NCBI GenBank assembly: GCA_964492705.1
Contig: CAZBLS010000001.1
Span: forward strand, 5,281-69,280
Direction: 5' to 3'
Length of the DNA stretch: 64,000 bases
Origin: an uncultured Oscillospiraceae bacterium
Lineage (GTDB): Bacteria > Bacillota > Clostridia > Christensenellales > QALW01
This document shows positions 20,025 to 30,159 of the stretch, in pieces. The notes beneath the pieces were generated by a model that saw only the letters and a program-made list of their open reading frames with translations, was not told the origin of the DNA and did not search any database. Positions within the stretch are counted from its first letter, which is position 1; each line of letters begins with the position of its first letter. The position numbers and the translations under genes were made by a program.

Positions 20025-21062
20025 TTACTTTAATTTGGCAAATATAATTTTACCGCTGTTTGTCTGCAACATACCCGTAACAACCGTTTCCACGGTTTTA
20101 TTTATATGCTCCGCACCGTTCTCTATCACAACCATAGTTCCGTCATCAAGATATCCTATTCCCTGTGACGGCTCTTTGCCCTCTTTTGTAATCTCTATAT
20201 GCAAGTCTTCCCCTGCCACAACGGTGGGCTTTAAGGCGTTTACAAGTTCATTGATATTAAGTATCTCCACTCCCTGTAACCCCGCAACCATATTAAGGGA
20301 ATAATCGTTTGTCATAATACAGCATCCCAATTCCTCGGCAAAGGCTATTATTCTGTCATCCGAAGACATTTCCGACGAATAATCTTTCTGTACCACCGTT
20401 GCTCCGAATTCGTTTTGCAGTCTTTTTACCGCATCAAGCCCCATACGCCCTCTTGTGCGTTTTTTCGTATCTTCACTGTCCGCAAGAGCGGAAAGTTCAT
20501 CAATAACGAATTTGGGAATATACACGGGTTTCTTCATAAATCCCGTTTTAACGATATCGCATACTCTGCCGTCCACAAGAATACTTGCGTCAAGCACCGT
20601 ACCTCCCCCGTCTTTTTCATTATTTAACGGAAGAACTATTTCGTCGCAATGCATTAACGCCAATCTTACACCGAGAACACCGCAACATATATATATGACG
20701 GCATTTATGCTTGTAACAAACACCACGTTATCTATATTACCGAATATTTGGCAAAGCAAAAACGCCCCCACAAAACCGAAAAGCAATCCTGCCATACACA
20801 GGAACATCTCTTTCGTAGGCATTTCCTTTGCTTTTTTTGTTATTTTGTGCATCATTTTTACAAATGATAACGAAACGGGTTTGCCTACAAAATAACCTAT
20901 CACCGCAAATACGGAAATAAATACTATTACGCCCGTTGCACCTACCCAGTCAAAGGTTTTTACGCCCAAGGATCTTAAAATCATATCCGTAAGCTTCCAC
21001 AGCCAATATCCCAATGCTCCGCTTATAGGTACACAAAGCAAATGTATTATCTTTTTTATCAT
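20025..21062 (-). CDS. yacL: PIN/TRAM-domain membrane protein YacL
   Basis: N-terminal TM helices, PIN core VLDASILVDGR, C-terminal TRAM. ATGA overlap with radA, which is the canonical radA neighbour. Confidence 0.8.
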   Translation of the reverse strand: MIKKIIHLLCVPISGALGYWLWKLTDMILRSLGVKTFDWVGATGVIVFISVFAVIGYFVGKPVSLSFVKMMHKITKKAKEMPTKEMFLCMAGLLFGFVGAFLLCQIFGNIDNVVFVTSINAVIYICCGVLGVRLALMHCDEIVLPLNNEKDGGGTVLDASILVDGRVCDIVKTGFMKKPVYIPKFVIDELSALADSEDTKKRTRGRMGLDAVKRLQNEFGATVVQKDYSSEMSSDDRIIAFAEELGCCIMTNDYSLNMVAGLQGVEILNINELVNALKPTVVAGEDLHIEITKEGKEPSQGIGYLDDGTMVVIENGAEHINKTVETVVTGMLQTNSGKIIFAKLK

Positions 21063-22438
21063 CTTCCTATTGCTCCCAATGCCAATGCGGTAAATACGTT
21101 TTCCGCAAAATCAAGTTTGATACCGTTTTCGTCTTTAAGACCTCTGCGGTTTCCCGTAGGTAAAACAACTCTCTTAATACCTAATTTTTTACATTCTTCT
21201 ATCCTTTGCCTGCAACCGTTTACCGCTCTGAGTTCGCCCGTCAAGCCTACTTCGCCGAAAAATACCGTATCTTGGGGCAAAGGAAGATTTTTATATGCCG
21301 ATGCCACAGAGGCAATTACGGCAAGATCCGCCGCAGGCTCGTCTATGCGCAATCCTCCTGCCACGTTAACGTAAACGTCCTGATTGTAAAGGGTATATCC
21401 CAACCGTTTTTCAAGCACCGCAAGAAGCGTGACCATACGGTTGTAATCCACGCCACTTCCCACCCGTCTCGGGTTACCGAAACCGCTTGTACCGCACAGC
21501 GCCTGTATTTCCGCCATAACGGGGCGAGTGCCCTCCAAGGAACACACCGTCGCCGTCCCCGGAACAGGTTCCGTACGCTGTGACATAAAAATTTCGGAGG
21601 GATTTAAAACGTCTGCCATTCCCTCTTCTTCCATTTCGAAAACGCCTATTTCGTTAGTGGAACCGAATCGGTTTTTAGTCGCCCTCAACACTCTGAATGC
21701 GGAGTTTTTTTCACCCTCGAAATATGTTACCGTATCAACGATATGTTCAAGCACTTTCGGTCCTGCAAGAGTGCCTTCTTTTGTTACGTGTCCCACGGTA
21801 AAAACAGTCACGCCCTCTTCTTTTGCAATGCGCATAAGCCTTGATGCGCACTCACGAACCTGCGAAACCGTGCCGGGTGCGGAATTTAAGTAAGGCGCAT
21901 ACACCGTCTGTATGGAGTCAACTACCGCAAGAAACGGCTTTTTTGCCCCTAAAACCGCACATATCTCTTCAATATCCGTTTCAGCCAAAACGTACAGGTT
22001 ATCGCTTTTGCACCCAAGCCTTTGGGCACGCATTTTTATTTGGTGCGCCGATTCCTCTGCGGAAATATATATTACTTCCCTGTCCTTTGAAACAAAATCG
22101 CAGGTTTGCAACAGCAATGTGGATTTACCTATGCCCGGATCTCCTCCGCACAGTACAATACTGCTCGGCACCGCACCGCCTCCGAGTACCCTGTCAAATT
22201 CACCGCTCCCGGTGGAAAATCTTGTGCAATCGGCAGTTTCCACATCGGTCAGCCTTTTTAAATTTTCGGTATCAACACTTTTTTCCGTGCGCTGATGACG
22301 CTTTTTTACAGCCGTCCCGTCTTCCTTGACCTGTTCTTCAAGCGTCCCCCAACTGTCGCATTCGGGGCATTTTCCAAGCCATTTACCGTTTTCATATCCG
22401 CACTGCGAACATATATACGACGTTTTACCTTTTCCCAT
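21059..22438 (-). CDS. radA: DNA repair protein RadA/Sms
   Basis: Zn-finger CSQCGYENGKWLGKCPEC, Walker A GGDPGIGKST, KNRFG motif, Lon-like C-terminal domain. Confidence 0.95.
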   Translation of the reverse strand: MGKGKTSYICSQCGYENGKWLGKCPECDSWGTLEEQVKEDGTAVKKRHQRTEKSVDTENLKRLTDVETADCTRFSTGSGEFDRVLGGGAVPSSIVLCGGDPGIGKSTLLLQTCDFVSKDREVIYISAEESAHQIKMRAQRLGCKSDNLYVLAETDIEEICAVLGAKKPFLAVVDSIQTVYAPYLNSAPGTVSQVRECASRLMRIAKEEGVTVFTVGHVTKEGTLAGPKVLEHIVDTVTYFEGEKNSAFRVLRATKNRFGSTNEIGVFEMEEEGMADVLNPSEIFMSQRTEPVPGTATVCSLEGTRPVMAEIQALCGTSGFGNPRRVGSGVDYNRMVTLLAVLEKRLGYTLYNQDVYVNVAGGLRIDEPAADLAVIASVASAYKNLPLPQDTVFFGEVGLTGELRAVNGCRQRIEECKKLGIKRVVLPTGNRRGLKDENGIKLDFAENVFTALALGAIGR

Positions 22439-22441
22439 TTT

Positions 22442-23632
22442 CTATCCCAAAATATTATATTTAAACAAATCGTCACCGCCGTCGGTCTTGTCTTCCCATA
22501 CGGCAACTTTTCCCGAACACTGAGGCATTATGGCACTTCTGCCCGATTCCGAAACCTGCACAAGGCTTTCGGTAAGATAATAGTAAGCATATACCGTTTG
22601 GTTAGAAACAAACAGAATAAAACCGTCTCCGAGAGCGTACTGGGTTACGTTGTTCCAAAATCTTTTCGGTTCGCCCTCGCCGTTCCTGAACGCATAGTAC
22701 AGTGCCGAATCGGGTGCGTTATTCTTATCTATCCACACAAAAACGTCATCGTTACATTCGGGTTTATGCACGTACGTTCCCGTTTTAAAAACGGTAGGTT
22801 CAATATACCCGTCACCGTCGGTTTCGCTGTCGGCTGAACCGAGGTCTTCAAAAGTAACGCTGTAAATAGCGCTTTTGTTTGCATCATCGGGGTCTTTTTC
22901 CGCCCAAATGACGGTGTTTTTGAAAATATACGGCGCACTTACCGCATATGCAGTGTCTTCAAATAAGCCAAGTGCCATATTTTCATCCGTTGTAAGGTCA
23001 ACAAAATAAAGTTTATCCTCTCTGTCGCTGACCTGTTCCATCCACACAAGGTAGTTACCGTACAGCCCCAATTTAGGCATATGATTTTCCGTTTCCTGTA
23101 CCACCGAAACCGTTTTCGCCTCACGCCCTTCAAGTTGGTTGCGATTCATCTTATATATTACGTTTTTACCCTTATGGTCGGTATCAAGCCAAACTATCCA
23201 TTCATCGGAAAGATACGTTTCGTAAATCTCCCCGATTTTCGATTTTGCTATTCTCTCGCTTTCCGCCGTATCTGCATTAAACAGATACAGATCCGTAAGC
23301 ACTGCGCTTTCAAGGCTTCCGCCCCCTGCCGAAAAGAGAATATAGTGTCCGCAAATGCTCGGCGTATTTATCCTCTGTTCGTTTATACTTACTGCTTTTA
23401 CGTTGTCCGACATATCTTTAAATTCATTTTCGATACGGGTGCTCACGGGAGTTGCCCAAGGAGCAAGAATCTCATCGCCTATATCGTCGGGACATTCCTG
23501 CTTTCGCAGGGGCTGAACGATATTTAATACAATTGCACATATGAGCAATACTGCACAAGAGCCGTAAAACAGCATATCTAACTTACTTAAACTGTACTTT
23601 TCGGTAATCTTTTTAAAAAACGAAATATTCAA
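22442..23632 (-). CDS. membrane-anchored beta-propeller protein, function unknown
   Basis: N-terminal TM helix. Five copies of a h-V/I-W-x-D/E blade motif (WIVWLD, YLVWME, TVIWAE, VFVWID, VAVWED) plus two degenerate copies. TTGA overlap with the ispDF stop. Confidence 0.5.
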   Translation of the reverse strand: MNISFFKKITEKYSLSKLDMLFYGSCAVLLICAIVLNIVQPLRKQECPDDIGDEILAPWATPVSTRIENEFKDMSDNVKAVSINEQRINTPSICGHYILFSAGGGSLESAVLTDLYLFNADTAESERIAKSKIGEIYETYLSDEWIVWLDTDHKGKNVIYKMNRNQLEGREAKTVSVVQETENHMPKLGLYGNYLVWMEQVSDREDKLYFVDLTTDENMALGLFEDTAYAVSAPYIFKNTVIWAEKDPDDANKSAIYSVTFEDLGSADSETDGDGYIEPTVFKTGTYVHKPECNDDVFVWIDKNNAPDSALYYAFRNGEGEPKRFWNNVTQYALGDGFILFVSNQTVYAYYYLTESLVQVSESGRSAIMPQCSGKVAVWEDKTDGGDDLFKYNILG

Positions 23633-24747
23633 ATATTCTCTCCTCCGTAACAGGCAATCATAACCGTTGCCGTTGCCGATATTCCCTCTTCTCTGCCCTC
23701 AAAGCCGAGTTTTTCAGTTGTAGTTGCAGCCACGTTTACTCTTTTTTTGTCTATACCCAGTGCTTTTGCGATATTCTCATTCATTAAGTCTATATATGAC
23801 GCAAGTTTTGGTTTTTGTGCAACTACCACTGCACTCACGTTTACCGTTTTAAAACCTTTTTCTTCAATTAAACGGCGAACCTCTTTTAATAGCAGTATAC
23901 TGTCTATTCCCCTGTATCTTTCATCGGTATCGGGGAAATGCTTGCCGATATCACCCTCGCCCGATGCACCTAAAAGGGCATCGCAAACTGCGTGAAGAAG
24001 CACATCCGCATCGGAATGCCCAAGCAAGCCTTTTTCGTAGGGAATTTCCACTCCGCCGATAATCAGTTTTCTGTTTTCGGCAAACTTATGCACGTCGTAG
24101 CCTATCCCCGTAAGAAAAAACGGTTCGCTTTTAAGATCTTCCGCCGTTGTTATTTTCTTATTATTTTCATTTCCGTCCACGGCTATCACCTTTTTGCCAA
24201 TATTTTCGTACAACTGCACGTCATCGGTGTATTCGGTCTTGCCGTATACTTCAAGCAATTCCTCGGTCATAAAGCCCTGCGGAGTCTGTGCTCTGAAATA
24301 CTTATCCCTATCCACCGTTTGTTCTATAAATCCCTCGCTGTTTACGGTTTTAAGCGTATCGTAAACCCTCACACCGGCAACTGCGCAACATCCTGCCGAT
24401 ACCGCATTTATAACTCGGGTAACCGTATCTTCATCAACAAAGGGTCTTGCCCCGTCGTGAATTAAAACTTTTTGGGAATTTTTAACCTTTTCAACGCCGT
24501 TATACACAGATTCTCCCCGTGTTTTTCCGCCGAGAGCATAAACAACCGAGTCACCCAATATGCTTTTCATACGCTCCGTATCCTTTTCGGAGCACACAAC
24601 ACATACCGTGTCCACAAGGGGATGATTTAGAAAAATACGCACCGTCTTTTTTATTATCGGCTCTCCGTTTATAGGAAAAAACATTTTGTTTTCCTTTAAA
24701 CCCGTCCTTTTTCCCTCACCTGCGGCAGGAATAACAACGGCAGTCAT
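23629..24747 (-). CDS. ispDF: bifunctional IspD/IspF (MEP cytidylyltransferase / MEcPP synthase)
   Basis: N-terminal half [12 protein letters not shown] (IspD P-loop). C-terminal half GIGYDVHKF...[12 protein letters not shown]...GDIGKHFPD (IspF). One continuous 372-aa ORF. Confidence 0.9.
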   Translation of the reverse strand: MTAVVIPAAGEGKRTGLKENKMFFPINGEPIIKKTVRIFLNHPLVDTVCVVCSEKDTERMKSILGDSVVYALGGKTRGESVYNGVEKVKNSQKVLIHDGARPFVDEDTVTRVINAVSAGCCAVAGVRVYDTLKTVNSEGFIEQTVDRDKYFRAQTPQGFMTEELLEVYGKTEYTDDVQLYENIGKKVIAVDGNENNKKITTAEDLKSEPFFLTGIGYDVHKFAENRKLIIGGVEIPYEKGLLGHSDADVLLHAVCDALLGASGEGDIGKHFPDTDERYRGIDSILLLKEVRRLIEEKGFKTVNVSAVVVAQKPKLASYIDLMNENIAKALGIDKKRVNVAATTTEKLGFEGREEGISATATVMIACYGGENI

Positions 24748-24986
24748 TCGATTGCCTCGTACATAAGGCTCTGTGCATTTTTCGCTTCCCGTTCATCCGT
24801 GTACAGCACTTTAAACGAATGCTGTTTTTCGCCGAAAGTCAACGTAAGTACGTCCCCTGTCTTCACGGTATATCCGGCTTTTGCCTGTTTGCCGTTTACA
24901 ACAAGCCTACCTGCATCACAGGCATCGTTAGCCACCGTTCTTCTTTTAATTATACGTGATACTTTTAAATATTTATCTAATCTCAT
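24744..24986 (-). CDS. S4-domain RNA-binding protein
   Basis: [19 protein letters not shown]...VNGKQAK S4 fold. 80 aa. Confidence 0.7.
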   Translation of the reverse strand: MRLDKYLKVSRIIKRRTVANDACDAGRLVVNGKQAKAGYTVKTGDVLTLTFGEKQHSFKVLYTDEREAKNAQSLMYEAIE

Positions 24987-25043
24987 TTTCCCGTTTTCCG
25001 TAAAAATAATTTACTTAATTATACCATATACAGCGCAAGCGTG

Positions 25044-26306
25044 TCAAATCAGCCTGTATTTTCCGTCACTTTCGCAGATGATTTCCGTGCGGAAAAACTC
25101 TTTTAATGCCGAAACCGCATACTCGGTATCCTTTGCGCCTGCCGTTTCGGTTGCCGAATGCATAGCAAGTTGTGCAAGACCTATATCCACCGCATTAACC
25201 GATACTTGGGTATTTGAAATATTTCCCAAAGTAGAACCTCCTGCCATATCGGCACGGTTTGCATACTTTTGCACGGGTACGTTTGCCCTTTGGCAAATAA
25301 GCGCAAATATCGCCGATGAAACAGCATCGGAAGTGTACTTTTGGTTTGCGTTATATTTTATTACCACACCGCCGTTCATATAAACCGAGTGGTTTTTATC
25401 CGCATATTCGGGATGATTGGGGTGCACTGCGTGGGCATTGTCGCAGGAAACGAGAAATCCCGATGCGATCTTCTCCCTTGTTTTATCACCTGCTATGCGC
25501 ACAAGCACGTCATAAAGAAACGTGGATGCGGCGCCCTGCTTGGTTTCACTGCCCACTTCTTCGTTATCGAAAAGTGCAAGCACCTGACAGTTGTTTGCTT
25601 TTTCTGCCGATAAAAACGCTTCCAATGCGGAATACGCACACTGCAAATCGTCAAGTCTCGGAGAAGTAATAAATCCGTTCCACAGAACAGGCTTTTCGGG
25701 ATTGTACAAAAACATATCCCAAGACAGTATATCTTCTTGGTTTGCGCCGATATTTTCTGCGATTTTTGATTTCAAACTGTCCTCACTGCCCGAAAGCGCA
25801 TATAGGGGAATCATATCCGTTGCGGGATTATATGAAGCATTTTGGTTGGCATTGCGATCCATATGTATGGCAACGTGAGGAATAATTGCAACGGGCTCTT
25901 TTAAATCCGCAAGCACTGATTCGATCATGCCGTCCTTTTTTACGCATACTCTGCCTGCAACCGAAAGAGGACGGTCAAACCACGGTGCACACAGCATTCC
26001 GCCGTATTTTTCACTTGAAAGTTTTACGTACGCTCCGTCGTCGGTTTGTGCATTGTCCTTAATTTTAAAGCATGGACTGTCCGTATGGGCAGCCGCAATG
26101 TTGAAGCCCGAAAATTCCCCATCGGGCATTTTAAATGCAATAAGCGAAGATAAATTTCTTGTAAAATAGTACTTTCCGCCTCTTTTGATTTCGGCATTTT
26201 CCGTTTCTTTAAGTTCTGTAAATCCGTTTTTGTCCAATTCTTTTTTTACCGTGTCTACTGCGTGAAACGGCGTAGGCGACGAAGTTATAAAATCAACGAT
26301 ATTCAT
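25044..26306 (-). CDS. M18-family aminopeptidase
   Basis: N-terminal FITSSPTPFHAV, with HxD and DNEEVGS metal-ligand motifs. Confidence 0.85.
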   Translation of the reverse strand: MNIVDFITSSPTPFHAVDTVKKELDKNGFTELKETENAEIKRGGKYYFTRNLSSLIAFKMPDGEFSGFNIAAAHTDSPCFKIKDNAQTDDGAYVKLSSEKYGGMLCAPWFDRPLSVAGRVCVKKDGMIESVLADLKEPVAIIPHVAIHMDRNANQNASYNPATDMIPLYALSGSEDSLKSKIAENIGANQEDILSWDMFLYNPEKPVLWNGFITSPRLDDLQCAYSALEAFLSAEKANNCQVLALFDNEEVGSETKQGAASTFLYDVLVRIAGDKTREKIASGFLVSCDNAHAVHPNHPEYADKNHSVYMNGGVVIKYNANQKYTSDAVSSAIFALICQRANVPVQKYANRADMAGGSTLGNISNTQVSVNAVDIGLAQLAMHSATETAGAKDTEYAVSALKEFFRTEIICESDGKYRLI

Positions 26307-26310
26307 ATTT

Positions 26311-27492
26311 TCACCCTTTTGATTTGTTTTTCATAATAATTGTGCAGACAAGCATCATTACGGGGAATACGATTGCCGAAAGAATACCCATGTGCAGATC
26401 GCCCGAAAGCGCCCCCGAAACACCGCCTGCAAGTGCAGGTCCCAAGGAACATCCCATATCTCCGCCCAAAGCAAGCAAAGCGAACATCGAAGTTCCTCCG
26501 CCTTTGACCTTAACCGAAGCAATACTGTATGTTCCCGGCCAAAAAATTCCCACCGAAAAACCGCTTACGGCACAGCCTATAAGACCGAACACGGGACTTG
26601 GCACCAGCGCAACGCACAGGTACGATGCTATGCATAAAATACTGCTGAAAAGGATAAACTTATTAAGGTCGAGTTTATCACCGTACTTGCCGTACAAAAG
26701 CCTTGATGCCCCCATAAGTGCGGCAAACGCCATAGGTCCTGCAAGGTCACCTACGGTTTTAGATACTCCGAGACCCTCTTCGGCAAATGCCGATGCCCAT
26801 TGAGCAATGGTAAGTTCGCTTGCACCTGCGCAAAGCATCATTACCATTAAAAGCCAAAAAGTTTTGTTTTTGAAAATTTCACCGATTTTAAGTCCCTCTT
26901 CGCCGTCGCCCTCCAAAGTGTATATGGGCGCAAGCAGAAACATTACAAAATCGGTAATAGGCACAAGTGCCCAAATAAGCGCAAGTATTTTCCAATTTTC
27001 GATACCGAAAACCGAAAAGAACAACGTGGAAAGAAGCACAACGCCCATTTGTCCCCAACAGTAAAAGGAGTGAAGCAAACTCATCGTCTGTTCCTTTTTT
27101 TCCGTGGGACAGGCTTCCACCATAGGGCTTACAACAACTTCCAAAAGTCCGCCGCCTACTGCGTAAAACGCCACCGAAATAAGAATTCCCACAAAGGGAT
27201 CCGCAAACGTTTCGGGCAGTAAAGTAAGCAAAATAAGTCCCGTAGCGGCACATCCGTTTGCCAAGAGCACCGATGCTCTGTAACCTATTTTTTTAACAAA
27301 CCCTGCCGAAAGTAAGTCCACCGTCAACTGTATAAGAAAATTTATGCTTATGAGTGCGGTAATTTTGGATAATGGAATACTGTACGTATTTTGAAACGTA
27401 ACGAACAAAAGCGGTACGAAGTTATTTACTACCGCCTGCACTATATATCCCGTAAAAGACGCACTTATAGTCCGCCTGTAACTGTTTTTCAT
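26311..27492 (-). CDS. MFS transporter
   Basis: 393 aa, about 12 predicted hydrophobic helices, typical MFS loop composition. Confidence 0.75.
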   Translation of the reverse strand: MKNSYRRTISASFTGYIVQAVVNNFVPLLFVTFQNTYSIPLSKITALISINFLIQLTVDLLSAGFVKKIGYRASVLLANGCAATGLILLTLLPETFADPFVGILISVAFYAVGGGLLEVVVSPMVEACPTEKKEQTMSLLHSFYCWGQMGVVLLSTLFFSVFGIENWKILALIWALVPITDFVMFLLAPIYTLEGDGEEGLKIGEIFKNKTFWLLMVMMLCAGASELTIAQWASAFAEEGLGVSKTVGDLAGPMAFAALMGASRLLYGKYGDKLDLNKFILFSSILCIASYLCVALVPSPVFGLIGCAVSGFSVGIFWPGTYSIASVKVKGGGTSMFALLALGGDMGCSLGPALAGGVSGALSGDLHMGILSAIVFPVMMLVCTIIMKNKSKG

Positions 27493-27521
27493 AATTTCTC
27501 CTCCTGAATATACTGTCTTTT

Positions 27522-27550
27522 ATTATATAAAAAAAGACGGAAAATGTAAA
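27522..27550 (-). promoter_or_regulatory. sigma-A type promoter for the MFS/aminopeptidase genes
   Basis: Minus strand TTTACA (27550-27545), 17-nt spacer, TATAAT (27527-27522). Confidence 0.5.
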
Positions 27551-27871
27551 GGGAATAAACGGAAAACAAAATAAACAGTTTGAAGAATTACAAATATTTG
27601 CTTAATAAAAAAAGATTATCCTATATAATTTTCATCAATCCGAAAGACGACCGAACCGTTCTGCGTTATACGGTTGAAACCGTGTAACGGCTGATACCCA
27701 TTTAGCGGTCAGATTATCCATTTTCTCCGCAAAAAAAAACGCCGAAATTACGAGCCTCAGCAAAGGTGTGCTTTCCGGATATTACAGTATTTGATGACAG
27801 TATACCCGTAATCGGTACATTTGTTATGGCAAAACAGATTTTTTAGCAAAAAATCCGCTGTTTGCAAAAAT

Positions 27872-27920
27872 AAAAAGTTACAGCCGAAAAGCAACGTAAC
27901 TTTTCGGCTGTATTTTTATA
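27872..27920. terminator. bidirectional terminator closing the lipoprotein locus
   Basis: 12-bp stem ACAGCCGAAAAG / CTTTTCGGCTGT (27880-27911) with T-rich tracts on both strands. Confidence 0.75.
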
Positions 27921-27967
27921 TATCTGAAACTATCGGGTCTATATATATGCATCGCCTGCGTTACCTC

Positions 27968-28213
27968 TCATATTAAAAACCGCATTGCACATTTTTCCTG
28001 TAACTCGTAAAATTTCTCTTCATCGTATTTGCGTAACTTCAATTTAAATACGGCATTCCCGTTTTCATCGCAAATGATGCCGTTGGTGTAACATCCGACA
28101 ACGACTTTGGGACCTTTATCTTGAATGCAGTAAGTGATCTTGTACCCACTGTCGGTGACCGATTTTTCACTGCCGTCGCAGGGTATAACCGTCGATCGCT
28201 TTATGACATTCAC
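27968..28213 (-). CDS. hypothetical ORF, probably the 3' segment of a disrupted lipoprotein gene
   Basis: GTG-initiated ORF without an RBS. The frame stays open 19 codons further upstream, to the TAA at 28271-28273 that ends the preceding ORF in the same frame. Confidence 0.3.
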   Translation of the reverse strand: MNVIKRSTVIPCDGSEKSVTDSGYKITYCIQDKGPKVVVGCYTNGIICDENGNAVFKLKLRKYDEEKFYELQEKCAMRFLI

Positions 28214-28270
28214 AAATTCAACGCAATAAGGTTGTTGAGCAAATACGGCATAATATTTTTTTCCGTCCTT

Positions 28271-28756
28271 TTACACATATAAATACATTGCCGTCCCTGT
28301 TTGATCATCTGTAAATCTCGGATCCGACTTTTCCGTATTATAAAAATATTCATATTGAGGTTCAAACTCATATGCCTTTATTCCAACCTTTCTCAGGTAT
28401 TTGTCCGTGCAATTTGCGTTTTTGACAGACAAACTTTCCGTTTGGTCTATCTCCGCAAACGGATAACATTTATCGGTTTTATAAACCTCACAGTAACGCA
28501 TAAGCATCTCTTCTTCAATGCTTATCTGCAAAGCATAATACTGTTTTTCAATATCTTTTGAAGAAAACGCAAGTTTTGCTATATAAGGATACTTAATCCA
28601 TCCGTAATGAATTTCCGTTCCGTCAAACACACGGTACAGTTTTCCGTCTTTCCCCTCAACGCAGTAATTGAAAGTGCTGTCAGCGCATCCCGTCAACGTT
28701 ACGTCATCCAAACGCATAAAATTCCCATTAAACTCCACCGTGCTCTGTTTAACCAA
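28271..28756 (-). CDS. hypothetical ORF, probably the middle segment of a disrupted lipoprotein gene
   Basis: TTG-initiated ORF with no convincing RBS. It lies in the same frame as the upstream ORF and is separated from it only by TAG (28763-28765) plus two codons. Confidence 0.4.
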   Translation of the reverse strand: MVKQSTVEFNGNFMRLDDVTLTGCADSTFNYCVEGKDGKLYRVFDGTEIHYGWIKYPYIAKLAFSSKDIEKQYYALQISIEEEMLMRYCEVYKTDKCYPFAEIDQTESLSVKNANCTDKYLRKVGIKAYEFEPQYEYFYNTEKSDPRFTDDQTGTAMYLYV

Positions 28757-28762
28757 ACTCTT

Positions 28763-29348
28763 CTACTTTTCAAGTGTTTTGCCCTTTAATGCAACGTAGA
28801 AATCTACGGTGAAGAAATCATCCGTTCTTCCCGTAGTGGGAATATATATATTGTTCGTGCCGTAAGATCTTATGTTCAAATACACCGTGTCAACGGAATC
28901 TAAACTTTCCGTCAACGCCTTAAACTTTGTTTTTATGGGATCTTGGAGTTTACTTAACAGTTCTACCTTACTTTCACCCGTAACGTCCGTTTCAAAGTAA
29001 TCACTGTCATATTTGAATTCCCATCCGCCCACACTGCTCGCAGTAAACGTATACACGCCGTAATACGCATCATCAACAGTAGTTTCGGTACCGTTCACAC
29101 CGCAAACTTTGCCGTACAAACCCGTAGGTAACGGTATTGCCGTACTTGCAGGCATCGGTGTTGCATTAGGATCGGGAGTTGCCGTAAATACCGCACTCGG
29201 TCCTTTATCAGACGGAAGCGTAGGTGCCGGTATTGCCGTTACATCAGGCAAACTTTCGGTAGGAGATATTTCCGCCGTACCTTGATTATCGGCACATCCG
29301 CAAAAGAATAGTGCGGTGCAGAGGATCGGTATAAAAAATTTTTTTCAT
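28763..29348 (-). pseudogene. lipoprotein gene with a 5' homopolymer frameshift
   Basis: ATG 29348-29346 sits behind GGAGAAG (7-nt spacing) and is followed by A7 T6. The long frame encodes KKFFIPILCTALFFCGCADNQG... (signal peptide plus lipobox-like cysteine) but is 1 nt out of register with that ATG. Removing one A restores MKKFFIPILC... Confidence 0.6.
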
Positions 29349-29377
29349 TTTTACACTTCTCCTTTATTTATATTTTA

Positions 29378-29406
29378 ATTATAGCATGCGCACATATGTC
29401 TGTCAA
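29378..29406 (-). promoter_or_regulatory. perfect consensus sigma-A promoter of the lipoprotein locus
   Basis: Minus strand TTGACA (29406-29401), 17-nt spacer, TATAAT (29383-29378). Confidence 0.7.
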
Positions 29407-29450
29407 TGAACAAACAGATAGTTTATTAACATTTTCGGAATTTTTCTTAA

Positions 29451-29477
29451 TATAAAAGGTTCGCCGTTTGGCGAACC
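29451..29477 (-). terminator. terminator after the nitroreductase gene
   Basis: GGTTCGCC-aaac-GGCGAACC on the minus strand, followed by TTTTATATT. Confidence 0.65.
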
Positions 29478-29493
29478 CATAGAATTTTATATT

Positions 29494-30135
29494 TTACAAA
29501 GTTTTCACTCCCGAAAGCATGTCGAAATGATATTTAACAATGCCCAAATCGAGTTTAGTATAAAAACCTTTTCCGCATTCAACTTCCACATTGCCGTTGG
29601 GAAGATATTTGAAAAAGAACTTTTGCTGATTCATTGCAGTAGGTGCCAAAAGTGCTCCCTCTACGCCTTTTTTGAACCAATCGGGCATTCCGTCGGAGTA
29701 ATTGCTGACTTCGTTTAACTTTTTGTTCGAATGCTCAACACCTTGCGTTTTGCCGTAACCGAGAGCAATAATACATACGCATTTTTCTCCTTTACCTACT
29801 TTTGCTTTGCTTTTGCCGTGAGTCATTGCCACCCAGCAGGTATTAAGCCCCCATTCCTGCGCTTTTAAAACCAACTGCTCGCCATAATACCCCAATTTTT
29901 CCTCATCGATCTTTTTTCCCACAAGTGCAATATAATTTTGAACGCCGTCAAATTTCCCGTAATGTGCCATAAAGGAATCGAAACATTTCGGTTCATCGTA
30001 TAAAATTTGAATATTCAATCCCTGTTTTTTATTGATTTCTTCCGTCAGTTCGTTCAGCGCTTTTCTTGTATTTCCGTCAATACTCTTATTCCCGTACTGC
30101 CTTACACTGTGGCGTCGCTTCATAAGTTCTATCAT
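29494..30135 (-). CDS. nitroreductase-family protein
   Basis: MKRRHSVRQY N-terminal signature. 213 aa. GGAGG RBS. Confidence 0.8.
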   Translation of the reverse strand: MIELMKRRHSVRQYGNKSIDGNTRKALNELTEEINKKQGLNIQILYDEPKCFDSFMAHYGKFDGVQNYIALVGKKIDEEKLGYYGEQLVLKAQEWGLNTCWVAMTHGKSKAKVGKGEKCVCIIALGYGKTQGVEHSNKKLNEVSNYSDGMPDWFKKGVEGALLAPTAMNQQKFFFKYLPNGNVEVECGKGFYTKLDLGIVKYHFDMLSGVKTL

Positions 30136-30159
30136 ATAAAAACCTCCGTTTTTTCGGCA

